Position numbers and translations under genes: made by a program | Shown here: positions 58,162 through 64,000 of the stretch, piece after piece | How the letters are laid out: each line of letters opens with the position of its first letter | Position numbering within the stretch: position 1 is the first letter of the stretch | DNA from: Betaproteobacteria bacterium | Lineage (GTDB): Bacteria > Pseudomonadota > Gammaproteobacteria > Burkholderiales > Burkholderiaceae_D | DNA length: 64,000 nucleotides | Direction: 5' to 3' | NCBI GenBank assembly: GCA_025362735.1 | Contig: JANYFL010000034.1 | Location: 3,061 to 67,060, forward strand | Notes under the pieces: generated by a model | The model's database searches: none | What the model saw: only the letters and a program-made list of their open reading frames with translations | Told to the model about the DNA's origin: nothing

Positions 58162-58200
58162 GGTTTAACCGGCGTGATAGGCAAACCCATAGTGGAAGTA

Positions 58201-60076
58201 TTAGTCAAGCGTACAAACGAAGCTGCTGGCTGCTGCGGGATTGCCAACGCCATTATATTTTGCGTATTTGGGATAGACGCATAAGGGTCGGCTAAGGTCG
58301 GCGATATTTTTTTCCGGCCTTTGATCAAGCGCACTGCCTGGCAGCACGCGCGCGATGATCTGCTCCGGTGCAACGCCTTGTTCGACCCAAGCCACCAGCG
58401 GCGCAAGCTGGTCAAATTGATCGGCGGTCGCGCCACCCCGGCAATGGTTCATGCCGGGAATCATGAACAGACGTGCCGTGTTTGCAGCCGCAGATTGATA
58501 GTGTGTGTTAAACCGATCCATAAAAGCCATGACGCCGCTCGCCTGCACTGCCGGATCGGCGGTACCGGTATAGATCAGCATCTTGCCCCCGCGTTTTTTG
58601 AAGGCCTCGAAATTCGGGCCCGGCTGGCTTGGGTCGATATTGGCCCCATGAAAATCGAGGCGGCCCTGAGCGAACCTGGCAGGTTCGGACTCGACATTAA
58701 AACGCGTCACATATTCAAGCGAGGATGCAGGGTAGGAAGACAACTTGTTCGCAGGCCCGGTCACGTCAGGATAAGCTTGAAAACCATAACCCATGAAATA
58801 AAGGTTGGGCATGATGCTGTTGTAAAGCGAACTCAATGGAAACGCCGAGTCAGAGGTGCCGAGATAAGTTTCGCGCAGGCCGCGTTCGATACTGCCGGGC
58901 AGAAAGCCGGGAAAGATCAGCTTGCCGTTGTGAAAAAATGCCCGCATAAATGCGCTCCAGGCCGTTGATCTGGGTGGCGTTGAGACAACGCGCATTGTCG
59001 CTATCGCCGCCATCTTTTTTGCAGAGCAAGTCCTTATAGTCGGCCGGGGTGGCTTTACAGGCCCGATAATTGGACATCAGACCATCGGCCAGGCCATCGA
59101 GTCGGTCGCACTGATTCATGAAATGCTCGGCCACATAAGCGAGCTGATCATCGCTATAGGCTTTTGACGTATCGGTGGGAACCATACCGGCCGGCGTCCC
59201 GGAGACTTTGCTGACGATTTGCAACATGGCAAGGTTTTGCACCCACTGGTCATAGATGGCAAAACCGGGATCACCGGCCACGACACCGTCGAAGTCAGCA
59301 TAACGCTGTGCGCTCACCATGGTTTCGCGGCCACCATTCGAACAGCCAACGAAATAGGAATAGTCGGGTGCGCGTCCGGCATAGGTCTTGACGATGGCTT
59401 TGGTGATGAGCGTGGCATCGTGCACGGCCTGATAGGCGAAATCGGTATAGGCCTTGCGGTCAAGAGAGAATGCGGCATCCCGACCGACGTGGCCTGAATC
59501 CTGTGCAACCACGACATAGCCTTGCGGCAGCGCGTTTTGACCGTCTTTGAGCATGCCGATGGCGTTGCCCACACTGCCGTTATTGCCACCACCACCTTGA
59601 AAGAAAAAACGGCCGTTCCAGTAAAGCGGAATACGTAGCCGGAAGTGGTTGCCGTATTGGGTGGGGCCAGAGCCACTATCGGGATCCCCTGTGTGGGCAC
59701 CGATCACGCCAGTCACGATGCAATGGGAAGGTAGCGCTGGATTGCTTGCACTGACCGGTTTGCCGTCCTCGGTCATGCCGCCGAAAAACCAGAGCGCGGT
59801 ATCCAGAGTTGTGAGGTGTTCCCCAGTAAAACCGGAGGTGGCCGCCTGCAGCTTGTGAAGACTGCAGGCTTGTGCCGAAAGCACGGATCCACGCGCGGGT
59901 TTTAAGGCGGTCGATAACGCAGACTTCGATATCGACTTTGATATCGGCTTCAAAGCGGCTTCCGCAGCGTCGTTCGCATTCAATGAGCCGATCAGGCACA
60001 GTGTGGCAGCACCAATGGCACCCAGAACGGCACGACACTTCACAACAGGCCTGTTCGTACTCATTCGTCCGATCAA
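58201..60076 (-). pseudogene. Tannase/feruloyl esterase-family hydrolase split by a 1-nt frameshift in a homopolymer
   Basis: Track ORFs 58850..60076 and 58201..59013 are the N- and C-terminal parts of one enzyme (GCSNGGRE nucleophile motif; C-terminal PGMNHCRGG). The frames join at the A6 run 58933-58938. Removing one base gives ...ERIYAGIFHNGKLIFPGF... Confidence 0.7.
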
Positions 60077-60083
60077 AACGGTT

Positions 60084-62861
60084 TTACCACTGCTTGTTCA
60101 GTGTCAGCGATGTAAAGCGTCCAATCGCGCTGACGTTCTGTGGATCGAAGGCCTGGGTTGCATTTTGCACATAAGGCGGATCACGGTCGGTCAGGTTCAA
60201 TACGCTCAGGCTTGCACTCAATCCCTTGACCCAATCGGAATGGAATACTTTGCTGAAGTCATACCGGGCCGTTACATCGAGCGTGGTATAGGAGGCGACG
60301 TTCGGATTTTTGACCAGGGTCGTATTGTGATAGCGATTCGTGAAATTGATAAAGCTGTTGACCCGCCATGCGTCCGAACTCCAGCCGAGCTCGCCACGGG
60401 CACGCAGGCGCATCGGGTTGTTCAGGGTATTGAGCAGGCCGCTTACCAGTGCAGAAGTAGGCGTGAACTGTTGCTTGTAATTGAAAATATAGTTGATCGA
60501 TAAGCCTGTATTCCAGATACCGATACTGCTCTGCATTAAATAACGTGCGGAAAAATCGAGGCCGCTGGTCTTGACGACGCCCGCGTTGTAGCGGCGTCCA
60601 TCCTGAATGAACTTGATGCCAGACACGGCTTCGGTGGGACTACCGGAGTATGTGGGTGTGGCAATCAGCACCGAGATTTCAGCAGGCGTTGGATTGCGAT
60701 TCACATAAGCCGCGAGTTCCGGTTTTTGCAGAATACTGACGTCGTTGCCCGGTACCAGAATACGATTTTTGTAATTGATGTTGAAATAATCCAGGGTCAC
60801 ATCCAGACCTTGCACGGACGCCGGTTTGAAGTTGAGGCCCACGGTATAGATGTCGGCGGTTTCGGGTTTGAGACCGGCAGGGTTTCCTCCCAGTAGAGCC
60901 AGGCCGTGGACCTGAGTCACACCATTGGCATCGACGCGATCGACCACATTGATGACACCACCGTTGATCGGGTCAATATCACCCAGGGTCGGAGCACGGA
61001 ACGATGTGCCATAGGTGGCATGTAGCTTCACGCCTTGCATTGGCGTCCAGTCCAGGCCTACCTTGGGATTGCTGGTGGTTCCGAAGTCGCTATAGTCCTC
61101 ATACCGTCCCGCCAGTGACAGTTCCAGTTTTTGCACGCCAGGCACTGCATTGGCCGCACCGATCAAGGGTATATAGGCTTCGGCATAAAAAGATCGCACC
61201 GTGCGATGTGGCACCGCTTTGGAATTGTCGATATGAAAGATTGTGGGATAGCCGCTGGCATTGAGTAAGGATGAATTGGTGCGATCTTCAAAGTAAGGCA
61301 TGCGGTCCGAATGTACCTCGGCGCCCACCGCCATACGCAGCTTGCCGGCTGGCAACGAATACAAAGGGCCATCGAATTTGATTCCTGCGTCGTTCAATAT
61401 GTATTTGGAGTTGCGATCGTTGAATGCCCTCATTTTGTCGAGCGTTGCGGGGTTGTTGCAGGTAAAGCGACTACCGTCGCAAAAAGCATTCAGTGCAGTG
61501 AGCGGATTGGTGTCAGCAACTGCGGCAGCTTGTGCATTCACATTAATGCCATTGGCATTGAGCCCCAGATACCTTTCCTGTGTCGTGCTGTGTGTAACAT
61601 AGGCTGAGCCATTCCAGTCACCGCCAACCTCAAAGTCAAGTCCGGCTGCAATCTGATCTGATCGTTCAAAGCCGGTCACCGTACTGTTGCCGAAATCGTT
61701 GTAATACGAATAATTGACTGTGGTCGACGTGGCACCGGGAACCGGGCTGACAAAGAATGGATTGGTATTGCGTACCGTGATATTTCCCGACGGCGCGGCT
61801 AGGGTGCGTCTGTATTTTCGCTCTGTGCTGAATACTTCCAGGCTGACCGCGATGGTGTCGGTCAAGGACTGAGTCAAGGACCCAAGAGCACTGAAGCGTT
61901 TTTGTTCCGGCAACGCATCGACGCCTTTGTAGATGCTTTGCAAATTGGCCGTACCCGCAACCAGTCGGTTGGCGGTCAGGCCAACGCCATTTTGACCGGC
62001 AGGGATTGCATAACGCGTCGCGCCCACTTGCACATTACCCGGGTTGGCATTGAAGCCGCGCAAATCCGGTCCGCCCCAGGGGCGCATGTCGTCTGTGAAA
62101 AACTTCCGGTCATTTGCACCGAGGCGACTGCGATTGTTTTGATCGACCGCAAACATGAAATTACCGCTGTCCCATGATTTGCCAAAGATGGCGCCGATCT
62201 GGTTCTGATGGACGTCTTTTCCGGAGCCGTGACGTACCGACACTTCTGCTCCTTCGAAGTTTTTGCGCAGTCGCATATTGACGACGCCGCCAACCGCGTC
62301 GGAACCGTAGGTTGCCGAACCGCCGTCGGTAATGACTTCGATGCGATCAATGGCCAGCGGGGGTATGGTCGATGGGTCCGTATATTGCGCACCCAGTCCG
62401 CCGGGCGCAATGCGGCGTCCGTTGACCAGGGTCAATGTCGATTCCGGCCCAAGACCGCGCAAATTGACGCCTGATCCCACACTGATGTTCTGATTGGCAT
62501 TTTGAGCCGCATTCAGGTGGCCTTCGTCCGCTCCAAGATTCTGGATCTGCGGTAACTGTCGGAGCAGATCGACTGTGGATCCGGCGCCGGACTTGATGAT
62601 TTCATCACGCCCAAGACCGATAACGGGTGTGCCGACCGGGTTTGCGCCGCGGATCAAGGTCCCGGTAATCACCACAGTCTCCAGAACATTGTTTTTTGCG
62701 GTACTGGGTTGCACATCCGTTGTGGCCTGTGCGAAAACATTTGAGGTCGCACCAAACGCAAACAAGAGCGTAATGAGGCGGCTGGATGGTTTCAATTTAA
62801 AGTGCCCGGCGCGAACGGCTTGGGCTGTCTTGGCAGGTCTGAATTTTGGTTCGATGCTCAT
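60084..62861 (-). CDS. TonB-dependent receptor (925 aa)
   Basis: It has a signal peptide, a plug (LETVVITGT..., RGLGPESTLTLVNGRR, IEVITDGGSATYGSDAVGGVVN) and a C-terminal ...RFTSLTLNKQW. Confidence 0.9.
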   Translation of the reverse strand: MSIEPKFRPAKTAQAVRAGHFKLKPSSRLITLLFAFGATSNVFAQATTDVQPSTAKNNVLETVVITGTLIRGANPVGTPVIGLGRDEIIKSGAGSTVDLLRQLPQIQNLGADEGHLNAAQNANQNISVGSGVNLRGLGPESTLTLVNGRRIAPGGLGAQYTDPSTIPPLAIDRIEVITDGGSATYGSDAVGGVVNMRLRKNFEGAEVSVRHGSGKDVHQNQIGAIFGKSWDSGNFMFAVDQNNRSRLGANDRKFFTDDMRPWGGPDLRGFNANPGNVQVGATRYAIPAGQNGVGLTANRLVAGTANLQSIYKGVDALPEQKRFSALGSLTQSLTDTIAVSLEVFSTERKYRRTLAAPSGNITVRNTNPFFVSPVPGATSTTVNYSYYNDFGNSTVTGFERSDQIAAGLDFEVGGDWNGSAYVTHSTTQERYLGLNANGINVNAQAAAVADTNPLTALNAFCDGSRFTCNNPATLDKMRAFNDRNSKYILNDAGIKFDGPLYSLPAGKLRMAVGAEVHSDRMPYFEDRTNSSLLNASGYPTIFHIDNSKAVPHRTVRSFYAEAYIPLIGAANAVPGVQKLELSLAGRYEDYSDFGTTSNPKVGLDWTPMQGVKLHATYGTSFRAPTLGDIDPINGGVINVVDRVDANGVTQVHGLALLGGNPAGLKPETADIYTVGLNFKPASVQGLDVTLDYFNINYKNRILVPGNDVSILQKPELAAYVNRNPTPAEISVLIATPTYSGSPTEAVSGIKFIQDGRRYNAGVVKTSGLDFSARYLMQSSIGIWNTGLSINYIFNYKQQFTPTSALVSGLLNTLNNPMRLRARGELGWSSDAWRVNSFINFTNRYHNTTLVKNPNVASYTTLDVTARYDFSKVFHSDWVKGLSASLSVLNLTDRDPPYVQNATQAFDPQNVSAIGRFTSLTLNKQW

Positions 62862-62917
62862 GGTTTCTCCTCCGGCGATAAAGTAGTAAACGTAATTTTT
62901 TGTATTTTTATTAAAAT

Positions 62918-62931
62918 TATTGTTAACAATA
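62918..62931. promoter_or_regulatory. 14-bp perfect palindrome in the TBDR/P450 divergent promoter region (GntR-type operator candidate)
   Basis: TATTGTTAACAATA contains the core T-GT-N2-AC-A, which fits the generic GntR-family operator form. Confidence 0.3.
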
Positions 62932-63050
62932 TTGGAAATAATAGCAGAAGTGATTTAATATAACAAATAAAAATAACCAAATCGTTATTGTTTTTGCAAA
63001 AAAATCAATCCCCTGGAAAAAGACCAAAAAAGAGAAACGAGTCCATACCT

Positions 63051-64000
63051 ATGTTCACAACTGCACAGCATGAAGACTTTGATGCGCTTGCCCCCGAGGA
63101 CTTTGACAGTCCTTACCGGATGTATGCGGAACTCCGAAGTGGGTGTCCGGTTGCTCATACCAAGGCTTGGGGCGGTTTCTGGGCATTCATGCGCTATGAG
63201 GATGTGGCCAATGCCGCAGCCGACTATCGCACCTATACAACTACGGTACAGAACGTCGTACCCAAACTCGCGTTTACCGGTCGTCGACCGCCGCTGCATC
63301 TTGATCCTCCGGAACACACGGTATACCGACGCGCCATCAATCCGCTACTGACAAAAGAAAAGATTGATCTGCTTGAGGAGCCGGTACGACGCTTTGCGGT
63401 GGAGTTGCTCGCGCCCATCGTCGCGCGCGGGCAGGGCGATATCTGCAATGATTTTTCCGCGCGTTTGCCGATTGCTGTTTTTGCCGAATGGATGAATCTG
63501 CCGAAGGACCAGGTTGATACCTTGCGTGAAACGGGGCGTGCCTATGCCATTGCAGTACAGACCTTCAATGGAGAGATGGTCAAGAAAACCAGTTTCAAGC
63601 TCTACGATATGGCACGTAACCTGATTGCAATGCGCAAGCAGGAACTGATGGATCCTGAAGTCGATGTCACGAGCGCGCTTCTATCGGTTAGGGTCGATGG
63701 AGAACCTTTGCCCGATGCAATGATTGAAGGGGCAGTACGTCAGATTCTGGTGGTAGGCATCATTGCGCCACACGTGATGATTGGCAGTATTTGCGTTCAC
63801 CTGTCGCGCTTCCCGGAATTGCAGAATAAGTTGCGCCAACAGCCCGAACTGATTCCGGCAGCAATAGAAGAATATCTGCGGCTCTATACACCTTACCGGG
63901 GGTTTGCGCGTACACCGACCAAGGATATCGAAGTCCACGGCGTGAAGATCAAGAAGGATGAACCGATTGCGTTGGTCTACGCTTCGGCGAACCGCGACGA
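63051..64000 (+). CDS. Cytochrome P450 (3' end outside the window)
   Basis: This ORF is not in the track because it has no stop. My translation from ATG 63051 is MFTTAQHEDFDALAPEDFDSPYRMYAELRSGCPVAH...RPPLHLDPPEHTVYRRAINPLL...AIEEYLRLYTPYRGFART. The PPEH and ExxR (EYLR) motifs are present. The heme-Cys loop lies beyond nt 64000. Confidence 0.8.
   Translation, partial: MFTTAQHEDFDALAPEDFDSPYRMYAELRSGCPVAHTKAWGGFWAFMRYEDVANAAADYRTYTTTVQNVVPKLAFTGRRPPLHLDPPEHTVYRRAINPLLTKEKIDLLEEPVRRFAVELLAPIVARGQGDICNDFSARLPIAVFAEWMNLPKDQVDTLRETGRAYAIAVQTFNGEMVKKTSFKLYDMARNLIAMRKQELMDPEVDVTSALLSVRVDGEPLPDAMIEGAVRQILVVGIIAPHVMIGSICVHLSRFPELQNKLRQQPELIPAAIEEYLRLYTPYRGFARTPTKDIEVHGVKIKKDEPIALVYASANRD

Noticed and set aside
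58850-59013. The overlap of the two tannase ORFs as a programmed ribosomal frameshift site.
   Set aside because: Joining the frames needs a +1 shift at ATT TTT T-CA, with no stop or rare hungry codon and no obvious stimulatory structure. A homopolymer indel or sequencing error is the simpler explanation.

Overview
This is a 64-kb, gene-dense chromosomal segment of moderate GC with about 50 protein-coding genes. I found no rRNA, tRNA, CRISPR array, IS element or prophage genes. The gene content and the two kinds of REP-like palindromic repeats look betaproteobacterial, but that is inference only. All calls come from reading the ORF translations and the DNA by eye. No searches were run, and hand-indexed motif coordinates may be off by 1-2 nt.

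Layout, left to right:
- (1) A Family 2A encapsulin locus. The shell gene is cut by the window edge. It is followed by a cysteine desulfurase with a ~227-aa disordered N-terminal domain and then a DUF2325 gene.
- (2) tonB, a TonB-dependent receptor (TBDR) and a GlcG-like gene.
- (3) A ~10-kb run of nine co-directional minus-strand genes (17251 to 7241), almost all of unknown function. It holds two TBDRs, a pair of paralogous 4-TM proteins, a class II cytochrome c lipoprotein, two paralogous ~310-aa secreted proteins, a DUF6152-like protein with a predicted His-His N-terminus, and a Cys-less periplasmic rhodanese. This is my best candidate for an undescribed system.
- (4) Housekeeping genes: moeA-moaD-moaE, crcB, an exported truncated globin, DUF3034, a GGDEF/EAL protein, clpB, a NIDO/PEP-CTERM protein, a Prx-Grx hybrid with a flavoprotein disulfide reductase, aceA (preceded by a perfect Fur box), two flavoproteins, tatD, comEC, a phasin and an HDAC-like gene.
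- (5) A MuxABC-OpmB/MdtABC-type four-gene RND efflux operon. Its adaptor protein ends in NPDGTPRQ repeats.
- (6) A minus-strand putative catabolic operon: TBDR, a frameshifted tannase/feruloyl esterase, GntR, an alpha/beta hydrolase, a di-heme peroxidase-like protein and an OmpA-like protein. A 3'-truncated cytochrome P450 gene is divergent from it.
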